A stretch of 64,000 nt of DNA from Thermoplasmatales archaeon (GCA_027366585.1 DAHXNF010000040.1:5740-69739); one strand, 5' to 3'. Positions 49,176 through 59,538 are shown, counted from the first letter of the stretch. Notes: generated by a model from the sequence alone, not told the origin. Made by a program: numbers and translations.

Positions 49176-49981
49176 ACTACCTGCAGATCGGGCTTCTTCA
49201 GGATGCCCATACTGTCTGCGCGATCGAAGTACTTTTCTATTGCAGCCCTGCCGACGGAACCGAAATCCCTCGTCAGCTTGTTGACGTACATTTTCACAAA
49301 CCTGCGTTCAAGCTCGAAATCGCTGTACCTCGCGTATTTCATTGAATATGAGAGAGCATCATCCTCGTGCTCCAGTCCATAGTCTATCGATCGCCTGAAG
49401 TCGTCCATGAATCCATGGATGTCATCAGGACTCAGGTTCCTGGAGATTGCATTGAATCCAAGAGGTATTGGCAGTCCCGGTGCAAAAGCGCTCCATTCCT
49501 TGAAAAGATCCGCAACCTTTACGAGTCCCTTGTTCTGGTAGGTAAGCTGCTCATCATGTATGATTATCCCTGCGTCCACCTTTCCGGAAAGGACGGCGGA
49601 GACGATCTGGTCAAATTTCATGACCACCAGCTTCCTGGGCTCAGGCATGAACATCCTGTAAAGATTATGGGAAGAAGTGAGTTCCCCGGGCGAACCCACA
49701 ACAGCATTTGCCAGGTCGACCTGCTTCCTTGCAATGACGATCGGCCCGTAGCTTATCCCGAAACTTGCCCCCGAAGAGGTAAGGAAATACTTGTCCGGTA
49801 CCCTGGCGTAAGCGGGGGCGGACATTGCTGTGACTTCATACTTCCCCGAGAGCGCATCCTGGTTAAGGGCCTCAATGTCCTTTATGACCTGTCCATACTT
49901 GTGATGAACCTTGATCTTTCCCTCGAACATTCCATAAAACATGAAAGAATCATCCGGATCCGGTGTGTGAGCTACTTCCAT
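49172..49981 (-). CDS. MqnA/MqnD family protein (futalosine-pathway menaquinone biosynthesis; 1,4-dihydroxy-6-naphthoate synthase-like)
   Basis: EVAHTPDPDDSFMFYGM (compare SPCPND.F.fyal), DIEALNQDALSGKYEVTAMS and HDEQLTY. I place the start at the internal M (49981) rather than the track start 50113. Confidence 0.7.
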   Translation of the reverse strand: MEVAHTPDPDDSFMFYGMFEGKIKVHHKYGQVIKDIEALNQDALSGKYEVTAMSAPAYARVPDKYFLTSSGASFGISYGPIVIARKQVDLANAVVGSPGELTSSHNLYRMFMPEPRKLVVMKFDQIVSAVLSGKVDAGIIIHDEQLTYQNKGLVKVADLFKEWSAFAPGLPIPLGFNAISRNLSPDDIHGFMDDFRRSIDYGLEHEDDALSYSMKYARYSDFELERRFVKMYVNKLTRDFGSVGRAAIEKYFDRADSMGILKKPDLQVV

Positions 49982-50088
49982 TGGTGGATATCGCACAATC
50001 GCATACAAATCTTCGCTGATCGCGGGCAGCATCATGAACGGACAAGCCTGCATGAAATTGCGGTGGATAGCAGGACATGCGGGCAAAA

Positions 50089-50742
50089 TTATGCAATATT
50101 CGGCAATTCCCACCTGTCGCCCGAGGACTTGACCTTCCCGGACACGGCAAAATTCTTCAGGAGTTCCTCGAGATAGTCCTTCTCAAGATCCAGGCCGAAG
50201 TTCTCCTTAAGCGCGGCGGATATCTCGAATAACCTCATTGGGCGCTGCATTACCTTTCCGGACAGGTTGAGGACATCCTCGTAAACATTCCATGGAAAGA
50301 TGAACCATGTCCACTCCCTTGCGGAAACGCTGGCTGCATAATAGTCAGGAACATACGTGGAATGCTCAATATGAAGCATGGTTGATGTCTTTATGGATGC
50401 GGGGCCCAGCTTCTTGATAGTGTCAACGGCAAGCTTCATGCTGCTGCCGGTGTCCGTGATGTCGTCAACAATGAGCACATTCTTTCCCTTAACGGGAAGA
50501 GAAGCGTCTGCAGTGATCCTGGCCTCGCCATCCTTCGATGCCGTGATTCCCCAGTGCTCGGTCTTGACTGAAAACAGGTCCTTGATCCAGAGGTAATCCG
50601 AGAGTAGGCGAGCCGGTACCAGGCCGCCTCTTGAAAGCCCGATTATCGAATCGGGCTGGTAGTCTCCGACGATGCTTGACCTCAGTGAGAGGCACCAATC
50701 CACGATCTCCTTCCAGGTAACCAGTTTAGCCTTGAACTGCAT
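50089..50742 (-). CDS. purine phosphoribosyltransferase (xanthine/hypoxanthine-guanine PRT-like) with C-terminal extension
   Basis: 217 aa. SIIGLSRGGLVPARLLSD and the PRPP motif VLIVDDITDTGSSM. Confidence 0.85.
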   Translation of the reverse strand: MQFKAKLVTWKEIVDWCLSLRSSIVGDYQPDSIIGLSRGGLVPARLLSDYLWIKDLFSVKTEHWGITASKDGEARITADASLPVKGKNVLIVDDITDTGSSMKLAVDTIKKLGPASIKTSTMLHIEHSTYVPDYYAASVSAREWTWFIFPWNVYEDVLNLSGKVMQRPMRLFEISAALKENFGLDLEKDYLEELLKNFAVSGKVKSSGDRWELPNIA

Positions 50743-50883
50743 CGGCCAGTGAATTACTGCATGCTTATTATCATGTTGCAGCGTGCCGCTGAGGATTGAA
50801 CCGCAGTGGATTTCCCAAAGGTGGTTTATGCGCCTGCTCCGATCGTTTGCGGCATCTTCTAATTATAGAAAAAGAATATGTGT

Positions 50884-51543
50884 TTACGGCCCAGATTTTC
50901 CTGCCCTTACTGACATCTTGGCATCCGCAACCAAGGCATCTTCTGATGTTACGATGACCGGGTTCAGATCCATGGTCTCAATGCCATGCTTTCCTTTCGA
51001 CACTAAGTTGCTTACAGAGACAAGCATCTGCTTGAGTGCTGCACAGTTTATCCTCATTCCGCGAAATCCCGTACAGAACCTGTTTGACTTGATTTCCTCA
51101 AGCATCTCACCTGCGTCTGCCAGGCTGATTGGTATCTTCCGGAAGGCAACATCATGATACAGTTCGGTGTAAATCCCGCCTGCGCCAAGCATTATTACAT
51201 GACCGAATGTACCGTCCCTTACAACGCCAATAATGAACTCGATGCCCCGGGGAAGCATCTCTTCTATCAGGAAAGAGGAGCCTGGAAACTTTTCCTTCAT
51301 CTTCTGGAACTCTGTTTCGAGATCCTTCTGTCCAAGATTAAGCCTGACCCCTCCAACATCGGACTTGTGGAGGATGCGGCTATCGGATACCTTCAGGGCT
51401 ACAGGAAACCTTAGCCTGATCTCGTGGGGAAGTTCAGATATTTCCATCCCACATGGTACGGGAATACCCTCTTCATGCAGTATTTCCTTGGCTTCATGTT
51501 CCACCAGCATGACCATGTCCTGCCTGTTCGAGTCAGTTTCCAT
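50884..51543 (-). CDS. acdB: acetate--CoA ligase (ADP-forming), beta subunit (ATP-grasp)
   Basis: LVEHEAKEILHEEGIPVP, LKVSDSRILHKSDVGGVRLNL and DLNPVIV. The start is ambiguous (51570, 51543 or 51516) and the gene overlaps the acdA stop. Confidence 0.85.
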   Translation of the reverse strand: METDSNRQDMVMLVEHEAKEILHEEGIPVPCGMEISELPHEIRLRFPVALKVSDSRILHKSDVGGVRLNLGQKDLETEFQKMKEKFPGSSFLIEEMLPRGIEFIIGVVRDGTFGHVIMLGAGGIYTELYHDVAFRKIPISLADAGEMLEEIKSNRFCTGFRGMRINCAALKQMLVSVSNLVSKGKHGIETMDLNPVIVTSEDALVADAKMSVRAGKSGP

Positions 51544-52933
51544 CCAGAAGCCTCCTCCTATAAACTCCATAGCAATACAGGGCCTTCATGGCATTGGTCG
51601 CCCGTCCTATGGAAGGATATGCGGGAATCCCTGCCTTCTCAAGTTCTACCAGGAGGCTCTTGGAAAGCCTGTTGCCTATTACCCCTGCAACCAGTGTCTT
51701 CTTCCTCGAGGCAACCTTGAGCGGATCAACAATATCAACGCCAATCTTAGGTGTCTGTGGCAGGGCGTATGCAATAATACCGTCGACGTTATCCGATTCC
51801 ACAAGGACGTTCAGGATTGCAGCGTATGCCTCGCTGCTGCCATCGGCCGTCAGGTCAATCGGGTTATTCACCGAAGCTATGGGTAACGCATATTTCTTTA
51901 ACTCGTCCTTCTCCTCAGAGCTGAAAGAAGCCATCCTCAATCTTATCCCGTCATGTGATGTCGTCAGGAGGTCCGTTGTGACCACACCCACTCCACCCGC
52001 GGTCGTTATGACAGCGATCCTGTCACCAGACGGCGGGGGCTGGTATGCGAGTGCCCTGCCGTAATCAAGCAACTCCACCTCGTCGTATGCCCTGATTACT
52101 CCCGCCTGCCTCAGGACTCCATCCAGAACGCGATCATCAGTTGCCATTGCACCAGTGTGGAATGAAGCCGCTCTCGACGACTCCTCCGATCTTCCCGTCT
52201 TGAGCAAGACCACCGGTTTCGTCAGGCTTGCTTCCCTTGCTTTTGAGAAAAAGGCTGCACCGTCTGAGATACTTTCCAGGTACAGGACAATTGACCTGGT
52301 GTTCGGATCATGCATGAACATCGAAAGCACCTCAACCTCGGTAACATCAACACGGTTTCCAATGTTGACAAACCCTGACACACCCATGCCGAATTCCGTG
52401 ATGGAGTCCATTACCAGGAGGCCAAGGGCGCCGCTTTGAGAGATGAAAGCCACGCTCCCTTTTCCGGGATAGTAAATCCTGTCATTCGGCGTAAGTGCTG
52501 TGTTAAGGGCCGAATGCGGGAAGAGCACGCCGACTGTATTTGGACCAATCACCCTTGTTCCGGTGCCGTTGATCCTGGCTCTGACCTGTGCCTCAAGCTT
52601 CCTGCCCTCCTCGCCAAGTTCCGAGAAACCGCCGGCGACCATTATAACGAACTTCGAGGAATTCCTGACACACTGGTCAAGGACTTCCACCGATTTCTCG
52701 GCAGGAAGCGCAATGACTGCAACATCCACAGCCTGATCGATCCCATCCAGTGATGGAAAGCATCTCAAGCCGAAAATTTCGTTGCAGGAGGGATTTACAG
52801 GGTATATTCTTCCACTGTATCCGTACCTGACGAGATTCTCCAAAACGGCATTCCCTATCTTCCTCCTGTCGGGAGATGCACCAACCACAGCAACTGATCC
52901 AGGGTTACGGAGTGCTTCAAACAAATTATTCAT
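51533..52933 (-). CDS. acdA: acetate--CoA ligase (ADP-forming), alpha subunit
   Basis: 466 aa. CoA-binding VAVVGASPDRRKIGN, IGPNTVG, the phosphohistidine loop FISQSGALG, and RAASFHTGAMA. Confidence 0.9.
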   Translation of the reverse strand: MNNLFEALRNPGSVAVVGASPDRRKIGNAVLENLVRYGYSGRIYPVNPSCNEIFGLRCFPSLDGIDQAVDVAVIALPAEKSVEVLDQCVRNSSKFVIMVAGGFSELGEEGRKLEAQVRARINGTGTRVIGPNTVGVLFPHSALNTALTPNDRIYYPGKGSVAFISQSGALGLLVMDSITEFGMGVSGFVNIGNRVDVTEVEVLSMFMHDPNTRSIVLYLESISDGAAFFSKAREASLTKPVVLLKTGRSEESSRAASFHTGAMATDDRVLDGVLRQAGVIRAYDEVELLDYGRALAYQPPPSGDRIAVITTAGGVGVVTTDLLTTSHDGIRLRMASFSSEEKDELKKYALPIASVNNPIDLTADGSSEAYAAILNVLVESDNVDGIIAYALPQTPKIGVDIVDPLKVASRKKTLVAGVIGNRLSKSLLVELEKAGIPAYPSIGRATNAMKALYCYGVYRRRLLDGN

Positions 52934-53733
52934 GGCTCAAGCGTATTATGAATCTTTAAGCTTTTACCTGACATTCAAGTATATTCCTTTCAGTCACGAA
53001 ATAACCCGTATACTTCCTGGACAAAAGTGTCCTGCCTGTACCTCGACCTCAAATCCGTCACGGGAATGTCATATTTGCCAATGCTGTACCCCGGATGTAT
53101 GACTTTAAACCTAGGCCTGGGTGACATAGAAGTATACCGGATCTGCAACGCAATACATGCTGTCATCAAATGCAGGGAGAGGTAGCGGAGAAACACCGAT
53201 TTGGTTTGGACGGGTAGGAGTCTAAAGGGAAATGACGCCGGGCCGCTGCAAATCCTCGAGATCCAAGCCGTTCCACACCAATCTTCTGGAATTCGCGTGA
53301 TCGTTAGATTCGTTCCCGGGGCAGCAGGTCGAAGCAGGCAATCGCAAATTTATCGGAAAAACGACCACCCCGACAATAGAACCCACACAAATGCGTAAAC
53401 CTACTATGACTCCGGCATTCCCGCCCATCGCGGAACGATTCTCAACAATGGACGCAAGTGCATGTACCATTTTAATCTGCCGCAAGCCATATCTTTCCAA
53501 CCCAATAGAAAAGACACATCTGAATCCTATGATAAGAATAAACGGACTGGTTCATTCTTTTTCCGAACAAATATTAATCACCGTCCGGCGTGGAGCTGAA
53601 CCACCAACCTGACACATATGCAACTGCTAATCCAAAACGACATCGCCCTGGTTTCTTACAAGATAAATTTTTCATGGTAATGGATACTTCATCCGTGTGT
53701 AAAGTTATTATACCCAGAGTCCAATATGGTAAT

Positions 53734-54549
53734 ATGTCATCAGTAGGATTGGCTGAGGAAGTATTACTTGCATTCTTGGTGCTTGTTGTCATTATAATAT
53801 TCCTCTCCGGCCTTCATATATTGAAAGAATGGGAGAGAGCGATTGTTCTTACCTTAGGTAGGTTTGCAGGTATCAAAGGTCCTGGTATAATATTTGTAAT
53901 GCCCATTGTCAGCAGGATACAGAAAGTTTCAACGAGGATACAGGCTGTCGCATTCAAGACAGAGGCATCATTCACACAGGATAACGTTCCCGTGAACATC
54001 GACGCGATAATGTATTTCCAGATTGTTGATCCAAAGAAAGCTGTACTGAATATTGAGAATTACATTACAGGCACAAACCTGTCGGCACAGACAACCATAA
54101 GGGAAGTCGTCGGTACATACACTTTTGACGAGGTCCTGTCCGAAAGGGAAAAGATCGGTGGCGCCGCAAGGGAAATCATTGACGAGAAGACCGAGCACTG
54201 GGGAGTGAAGGTCTCATCGGTGGAGATCAGGGATGTCCAGGTCCCACAGAGCCTGCAGGAAGCAATGTCCAGGCAGGCCAGCGCAGAGAGGGAGAGAAGG
54301 TCGAGGGTCACACTGGCGCTCGCAGAAGTCGAGGCGGCCCAGAAGATGGTTGAAGCATCCAACCAGTATGCATCTAACCCGATTGCATTCCAGCTAAGGT
54401 GGATGAACATACTTTACGAAATAGGCTTGGAGGGAAAGGGCACTCTGATGATGATCCCAATCGATGCTATGCAGGCAGGATCATTTTCACCACTTTCCGC
54501 ACTTGGACTGAAAGGGGCAGCCCAGGGGAACGATTCGCCAAACAAATAG
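53734..54549 (+). CDS. SPFH/band-7 family protein (stomatin/prohibitin homologue)
   Basis: N-terminal TM LLAFLVLVVIIIFL, then ILKEWERAIVLTLGRF...GPGIIFVMPIV, and the C-terminal SAERERRSRVTLALAEVEAAQ coiled coil. The ATG at 53734 is preferred over the track start. Confidence 0.9.
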   Translation: MSSVGLAEEVLLAFLVLVVIIIFLSGLHILKEWERAIVLTLGRFAGIKGPGIIFVMPIVSRIQKVSTRIQAVAFKTEASFTQDNVPVNIDAIMYFQIVDPKKAVLNIENYITGTNLSAQTTIREVVGTYTFDEVLSEREKIGGAAREIIDEKTEHWGVKVSSVEIRDVQVPQSLQEAMSRQASAERERRSRVTLALAEVEAAQKMVEASNQYASNPIAFQLRWMNILYEIGLEGKGTLMMIPIDAMQAGSFSPLSALGLKGAAQGNDSPNK

Positions 54550-54571
54550 TTTTATAACTAATTCTTATCAA

Positions 54572-54601
54572 TTTTTTTTTGCGTTTACAAATCTTTTTTT
54601 T
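54572..54601 (+). terminator. oligo-T tracts (T9 and T8) downstream of the SPFH gene
   Basis: ttttttttt (54572-54580) and tttttttt (54594-54601). Archaeal RNAP terminates at oligo-T runs. Confidence 0.4.
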
Positions 54602-54662
54602 ATCATCTTGCCATGCTGCTTTATTACCATAGCTTTAACTGTAGGGAAGCATACCCCTTTTC

Positions 54663-57600
54663 ATGAGGTTTAAATTTATCTCCTTACTTGTTAGTGTTGT
54701 AATGGTTTTGTCCGCGTTTGCCATAGTCACGAACTATGATCAGGGAGCGTCCGGTTCCGGATTGCTGTATATTAGTGAGGGTGTTCCAATCGGTACTTAT
54801 CATGGTAATATAACAATCTACCCTAATGACACCCTTTCTTCAGGAGCGTCGGCAGCAGTGCATTTGTACAGCGGCACCGCCACGCTTGTTGAGAACATAA
54901 ACGGCACGATTTTTGACAAACTAAACAACTCGATCATCGACGGCTCTGGACTGACTGTCAATGCACTCGGCCAATTGGGCATATCGCTGGCCGGCGTTTC
55001 AGGAGTAGTAATAGAATCAACATCCATTATAAACGCTTCAACAGGAGTTTGTGTCAGTGAATCGAATAACATCGAAGTATCGACAGTCAGCTTCTCTGAT
55101 AGCAGTGGCAATACTGCAATATACACCTCAGTTACAACTGGAATGAATGTTACAAATATTAAGGTTACCGGCTATTACTATGGGCTCGATTCCTATCGCA
55201 CGTCTGATCTTAACCTTGGCGGCAGCTATTTCAACAAAACCACATATGGTGTATGCATTGATTATGGTAATGCCGTAAATCTCGAGAACAACTACTTCAA
55301 CAGCACATCTTTTTGTGCTATACGTTCCTATTATGCCCATGGTGTGACTATCAGCGGGAACGTTGTCATGCATACCGGCCGCGATGGGGTATATGTTTAT
55401 GAAAACTCAGGCATTAATGTGAGCAATAATCTGGTTACATACGCAGACTACGCCATATATATAGATTCTTCCGAAAACATCCTCTCTTCCAATAATACGA
55501 TCCAAGATTCCACCTACGGTATTTATCTCTACTCTGATACGAACTTTACCTCGATGCATGATATGGCATCTCAGGCAAACGAGTATCCACTGTATTTCTC
55601 ATGTGTGAACTCCGGAATCATAACATATGGCAACTTTGCTAATGCTACTGATCATTCATACATATGTGAAAGCAGCGGTATCCAGATTTCTCACTCGAAC
55701 TTTTCACACGCTTCTGTCGATGGTCTTTACTTGTACTACAATATCTACAACGTCAACCTTTCATATGACAGCTTCAACATGAGCGGTACCAGTGGAAACG
55801 GTCTAGTCCTCTGCTATGACAATGTTGTCTCCTTATACCATGACCAGATTAATACGACTAATGGTTATGGAATACTCACATACAAGACTGTCGAACTGAA
55901 CATGAGGGATTCAGTCATAAACTCGACATCTTATGACATACTTTCGTGTGCTTATGACAGAACTGAAGGAGGCTCAGTTTCACTTGCGATGAATAATGAT
56001 TCGTTTGTTTCAGCATCGGGCGAATATGCGATTTATGTTTATGAGTATCTGCATGTCGACTCCATTGTGCTTACTAATAGCACTTTTAAGTCAAGTGGAT
56101 CTGGAGCCCTTGGGTATGGTGTTTTGACTTGTTATTCCGATTCAATAAATAGCGTGATCGTCAACAACAACAGGTTCTATAACGTGAGTCATCCTGTTTA
56201 TCTGTATTGTCCCTCTACTAATGTCGTGATCGACGGTAACATATTCCATAACCCCACTTGCGCTGTATACTCATATGGTGCATCCTCTATCACGTTTGCC
56301 GGTAACACAATCTATAGTGTAACTGATTATGGCATTTACACAGTACAAGCTGGTTTTGAGGCTGTTTCAAACAACACCTTCAAGCAGGTCGGTGTAACAA
56401 CCTCATCTGGAAAGGCAATATATCTAGAACATGATAGTACGGGTACTATTATTGTATCTGGAAATTTCATATCATTCAATGGCTCAACTGGAACCACCTG
56501 CGGGATAACGATTTATGAAGACACAGGTTCATCGGTTGTTTATGGAAATATGATATACGGCACGTCATACCCGGTTAACATTTGCTACAGCACTAACGTC
56601 CATGTCTTCGGTAACACTATATTTAATGCGAGCGATACTGGTTTTTGCTCCAATGAAAACAATAACTTCAGCTATTATGGCAATACTATCACCAATGCAA
56701 AATGTGGGCTTTCCTCATCCTACGATACAAATGGCTTGATCTACGGTAATACATTCACCATGAGTCAGGCAAATGAATCTGGTCTATGCATGCTTGACGT
56801 TTCGGATGGGACATCCCTTACCTTCTACCACAACAACTTCATAAACGACACGACCAACTCTACTGTGAAGAACTATGTTGCAAGCGGACAGTTCGGCGTG
56901 GAATTCAACTCAACTCTCCCGGTCGGCGGGAACTACTGGTCCAACTATACCGGTACCGGTTCGAATGGAATAGGCACCGCTCCCATGCCTGTATATGGCT
57001 CCTACAAGGATTATTATCCACTGACCTCGATGTGGACATCTCCTACAGAGACCTTCGTTGAAACAGGTCTTCCGGCAGGCACTCTGTGGTCCGTCACTCT
57101 GGGAACGGCAACAATGAAGGGCACAGGCGATTCCATTGTCTTCCAGCCATCAAACGCCGAACACATTACCGCATCCTTCTCAGTTGCACGCATCTCTGGA
57201 TACAACTCTTCCATGGTAAGCGGAATGTTGAACCTTAATGCCTCAAACTCAGTCGTTACCCTTACATTTACAAAGTACACTTACGCAGTATCGTTCACGC
57301 AGAGCACACTGCCGTCCGGAACAACATGGTCAGTAACACTGAATGGAAACACAAAGAGCTCAAGCACCGGAAGCATTACGTTCAGCGAACCCAATGGAAC
57401 ATACAGCTACTCGATTGGATCAGTCACAGGATACCACACAGCCACAGCGTCTGGTAACTTTAATGTAAGCGATGCAGGACTCTCCACGACGGTGTCATTC
57501 TCGCAGAATACATACACAGTGACTGTTATGGAGATCGGTCTGCCTTCCGGTGACTCCTGGACATTCACCCTGAATGGAAAGAACTACACATCCACATCAG

Positions 57601-57878
57601 ATACGCTCAATATATCCATGGTTTCCGGAATCTATGCGTATTCTGCATCAGGTCCTGCTGGATACACCGTTTCTTCTGCAGCGAATGTTACAGTGAACAA
57701 TGCAAATGCCTCTGTTACTGTGACCTTCAAGCAGCAGACCTCCAAGCCTAACACGACAGATTCACTGCTCGGCGGAATCGGAATTGGTGCACTGGTAGGC
57801 GTGATTGCAGGAGTATTTTCTGCGATGTACTTCACCGGTTCAGGAGTATTCAGGAAGGGAAAAGGAGGAAATCCTTAA
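54663..57878 (+). CDS. large cell-surface glycoprotein candidate: signal peptide + right-handed parallel beta-helix repeats + three tandem about 78-aa domains + C-terminal TM anchor
   Basis: 1071 aa. Signal-like MRFKFISLLVSVVMVLSAFAIV. Many PbH1-like repeats (N..i.gN.i....yGIY). About 35-40 N-x-S/T sequons by eye. C-terminal LLGGIGIGALVGVIAGVFSAMYF followed by RKGKGGNP. Confidence 0.85.
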   Translation: MRFKFISLLVSVVMVLSAFAIVTNYDQGASGSGLLYISEGVPIGTYHGNITIYPNDTLSSGASAAVHLYSGTATLVENINGTIFDKLNNSIIDGSGLTVNALGQLGISLAGVSGVVIESTSIINASTGVCVSESNNIEVSTVSFSDSSGNTAIYTSVTTGMNVTNIKVTGYYYGLDSYRTSDLNLGGSYFNKTTYGVCIDYGNAVNLENNYFNSTSFCAIRSYYAHGVTISGNVVMHTGRDGVYVYENSGINVSNNLVTYADYAIYIDSSENILSSNNTIQDSTYGIYLYSDTNFTSMHDMASQANEYPLYFSCVNSGIITYGNFANATDHSYICESSGIQISHSNFSHASVDGLYLYYNIYNVNLSYDSFNMSGTSGNGLVLCYDNVVSLYHDQINTTNGYGILTYKTVELNMRDSVINSTSYDILSCAYDRTEGGSVSLAMNNDSFVSASGEYAIYVYEYLHVDSIVLTNSTFKSSGSGALGYGVLTCYSDSINSVIVNNNRFYNVSHPVYLYCPSTNVVIDGNIFHNPTCAVYSYGASSITFAGNTIYSVTDYGIYTVQAGFEAVSNNTFKQVGVTTSSGKAIYLEHDSTGTIIVSGNFISFNGSTGTTCGITIYEDTGSSVVYGNMIYGTSYPVNICYSTNVHVFGNTIFNASDTGFCSNENNNFSYYGNTITNAKCGLSSSYDTNGLIYGNTFTMSQANESGLCMLDVSDGTSLTFYHNNFINDTTNSTVKNYVASGQFGVEFNSTLPVGGNYWSNYTGTGSNGIGTAPMPVYGSYKDYYPLTSMWTSPTETFVETGLPAGTLWSVTLGTATMKGTGDSIVFQPSNAEHITASFSVARISGYNSSMVSGMLNLNASNSVVTLTFTKYTYAVSFTQSTLPSGTTWSVTLNGNTKSSSTGSITFSEPNGTYSYSIGSVTGYHTATASGNFNVSDAGLSTTVSFSQNTYTVTVMEIGLPSGDSWTFTLNGKNYTSTSDTLNISMVSGIYAYSASGPAGYTVSSAANVTVNNANASVTVTFKQQTSKPNTTDSLLGGIGIGALVGVIAGVFSAMYFTGSGVFRKGKGGNP
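57055..57740 (+). repeat. three tandem protein-domain repeats inside the surface protein gene
   Basis: ETGLPAGTLWSVTLG..., QSTLPSGTTWSVTLNG... and EIGLPSGDSWTFTLNG..., starting at about 57055, 57292 and 57523 (periods of about 237 and 231 nt). Confidence 0.75.
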
Positions 57879-58633
57879 TCCCTGATTTTTTCATTTTTTT
57901 CAATTATTCTGCAGAAGTCCAGGAATTTATCCATCGTGAGTTCCTCTCCCCTCATTTCCGCGTAGTCATGCGGGATGCCACGAAATATACTTCCAAGCTT
58001 CTTTCTCCTCGCAGAGAAGATCCTCCTCAGGATGTCATCTGCCGCTTTTACATCATCAACAGGGACCTGTTTCGGAACAATGCGGATAATGGCGGAGTCT
58101 ACGCCTGGAACAGGATTAAAAAATACCCTCGGGATGGTTCGGACATAGGAAATATCGGCGCGCAGGCGGAGGGAATAACTTATTCTACCTGCTTCTCTCT
58201 TTCCCGGCTCTGCGCATGCCTTGTCGGCAAATTCCTTCTGCACCATTAGGATCGCCTCTCCAAAATCAAGGTCAAAAATCTTGAAGATTATGGGTGCAGT
58301 GATCATGTACGGAATATTTCCGATGATGCTTTCGTATCTCGAAGGTGGAATGTCAAGCACGCTTTCCTGCAGGATTGTGAGCCGGCCGTCCTCCAAATGA
58401 GATGCAAATCTTGTCCTCATGAAACTGGCGAGCCTGTGATCAGGTTCCACCGCGACAACGGTGAAGCCTCTTTCAAGCAGGATCCCGGTCAGGAAACCTT
58501 CGCCAGGTCCAATCTCCAGCACGCTTCCTGGATGAGCATGAAGAAGACTAGCCTCGAATTCTGCAATTTCACTGTTGCGCAGGAATACCTGGCCGTATTT
58601 TTTCGCGAATCGATTGCGCGCCGTACCGCTCAC
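57875..58633 (-). CDS. rsmA: 16S rRNA (adenine-N6,N6)-dimethyltransferase (KsgA/Dim1)
   Basis: 252 aa. KKYGQVFLRN, SAM motif VLEIGPGEGFLT, and GNIPYMITAPI. Confidence 0.93.
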   Translation of the reverse strand: MSGTARNRFAKKYGQVFLRNSEIAEFEASLLHAHPGSVLEIGPGEGFLTGILLERGFTVVAVEPDHRLASFMRTRFASHLEDGRLTILQESVLDIPPSRYESIIGNIPYMITAPIIFKIFDLDFGEAILMVQKEFADKACAEPGKREAGRISYSLRLRADISYVRTIPRVFFNPVPGVDSAIIRIVPKQVPVDDVKAADDILRRIFSARRKKLGSIFRGIPHDYAEMRGEELTMDKFLDFCRIIEKNEKIRD

Positions 58634-59187
58634 TGTGAAACGAAGAGGCGGTGTTTCTGTGAGTGATCGCTGAGTTCCTCGACGATCCTGGCGGCAATCA
58701 TCTTTTGCGGGTTGTGCAGCGTCTTGACCCTCTCTGTGAGATCCTCGAAGGTCTCAAATTTCTTCTTCTTCCTCTCTTCTATGACGGACCACATGGTCTT
58801 GTTTCCGAGCCCGGGAAGAAGCTCAAGGGAATGCATCCTCGCGTTTATCGGCTGGGCATTGTTGAAGAAATCCACAAAATACGACTTCCTGTCGTTTATA
58901 ATACTCTCAAGGATGAACGGCAGTTCGTTCTCCGCTGCATGAGTCAGGTCCCTGTAGGATATCCTCCGCTTGACGGAAAGGACCTTAGTCCTGAGTTCCG
59001 GTGTCTTGCCGATGTAAACCTTCTCGCCTACGGATATGACGGCATTGTTCTTCGGGACGAGCTCAAGCAGCTTGAACTCCTCCTCGCCTATTGAAAGCAC
59101 AATTGGCGTCTTGTGATATGCCTTGTCATCTGGTCGTCCGGATGCAAGGTAGTCCAGGACATACGCATATTCCTCCATGCCTGGCAT
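58630..59187 (-). CDS. DUF655 (COG1491) putative RNA-binding protein
   Basis: EEYAYVLDYL...LELVPK...HSLELLPGLGNKTMWSVIEER (HhH). Conserved neighbour of ksgA and rpoF in archaea. Confidence 0.8.
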   Translation of the reverse strand: MPGMEEYAYVLDYLASGRPDDKAYHKTPIVLSIGEEEFKLLELVPKNNAVISVGEKVYIGKTPELRTKVLSVKRRISYRDLTHAAENELPFILESIINDRKSYFVDFFNNAQPINARMHSLELLPGLGNKTMWSVIEERKKKKFETFEDLTERVKTLHNPQKMIAARIVEELSDHSQKHRLFVSQ

Positions 59188-59190
59188 AGC

Positions 59191-59505
59191 TCACTCCACT
59201 ATCCCCTTCACTGTGTCAAGAATGGCGGTAACTTTTTCTTCAGGCAGGTTGATGGAACTTGAGTTAAGAATAACCATCAGGCTTTCCCTGTTCCTCGGTG
59301 CCAGGTCAATGATCTTCACGACAACCTTGTCGGGCAGCTCTCCAAACCCTGAGAGCTCCTTGATCGCTTTCTTCACTTCAGCGGCCTTCAGGGCGTGGAA
59401 CTTTTCCAGGTATTCCAGGCCCTGCTTTTCAACCGGTGTTGTAAGTTCCAGCTTCGACAGTAATGCAAACGACTCCGATATCGTCAGATATTTATATTCA
59501 ACCAA
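59191..59505 (-). CDS. rpoF: DNA-directed RNA polymerase subunit F (Rpo4)
   Basis: 104 aa, helical Rpb4-like (LEYLEKFHALKAAEVKKAIKEL). Sits in the conserved position between L21e and DUF655. Confidence 0.8.
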   Translation of the reverse strand: MVEYKYLTISESFALLSKLELTTPVEKQGLEYLEKFHALKAAEVKKAIKELSGFGELPDKVVVKIIDLAPRNRESLMVILNSSSINLPEEKVTAILDTVKGIVE

Positions 59506-59538
59506 AACGGCACCCCCTATTATATATTTAACGAGAAT

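Noticed and set aside
49367-50176. A 269-aa plus-strand ORF antisense to the MqnD-like gene.
   Set aside because: The minus-strand frame carries clear MqnA/MqnD motifs. The plus-strand translation has no motif and an atypical composition.
52934-53733. An 800-bp stretch between acdA and the SPFH gene has only short overlapping ORFs and several GC-rich patches (gacgccgggccgctgc, ttcccggggcagcaggtcgaagcaggc, ccggcattcccgcccatcgcgg). I considered RNase P RNA, SRP RNA or a tRNA.
   Set aside because: On neither strand could I find a tRNA T-loop (GGTTCGAATCC-like), the RNase P CR-I GGAAAGUCC, or the SRP helix-8 GGAA/AGCA motif arrangement. I also could not pair the GC patches into convincing helices by eye. 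An Infernal/Rfam scan would be decisive, so the region is left unannotated.
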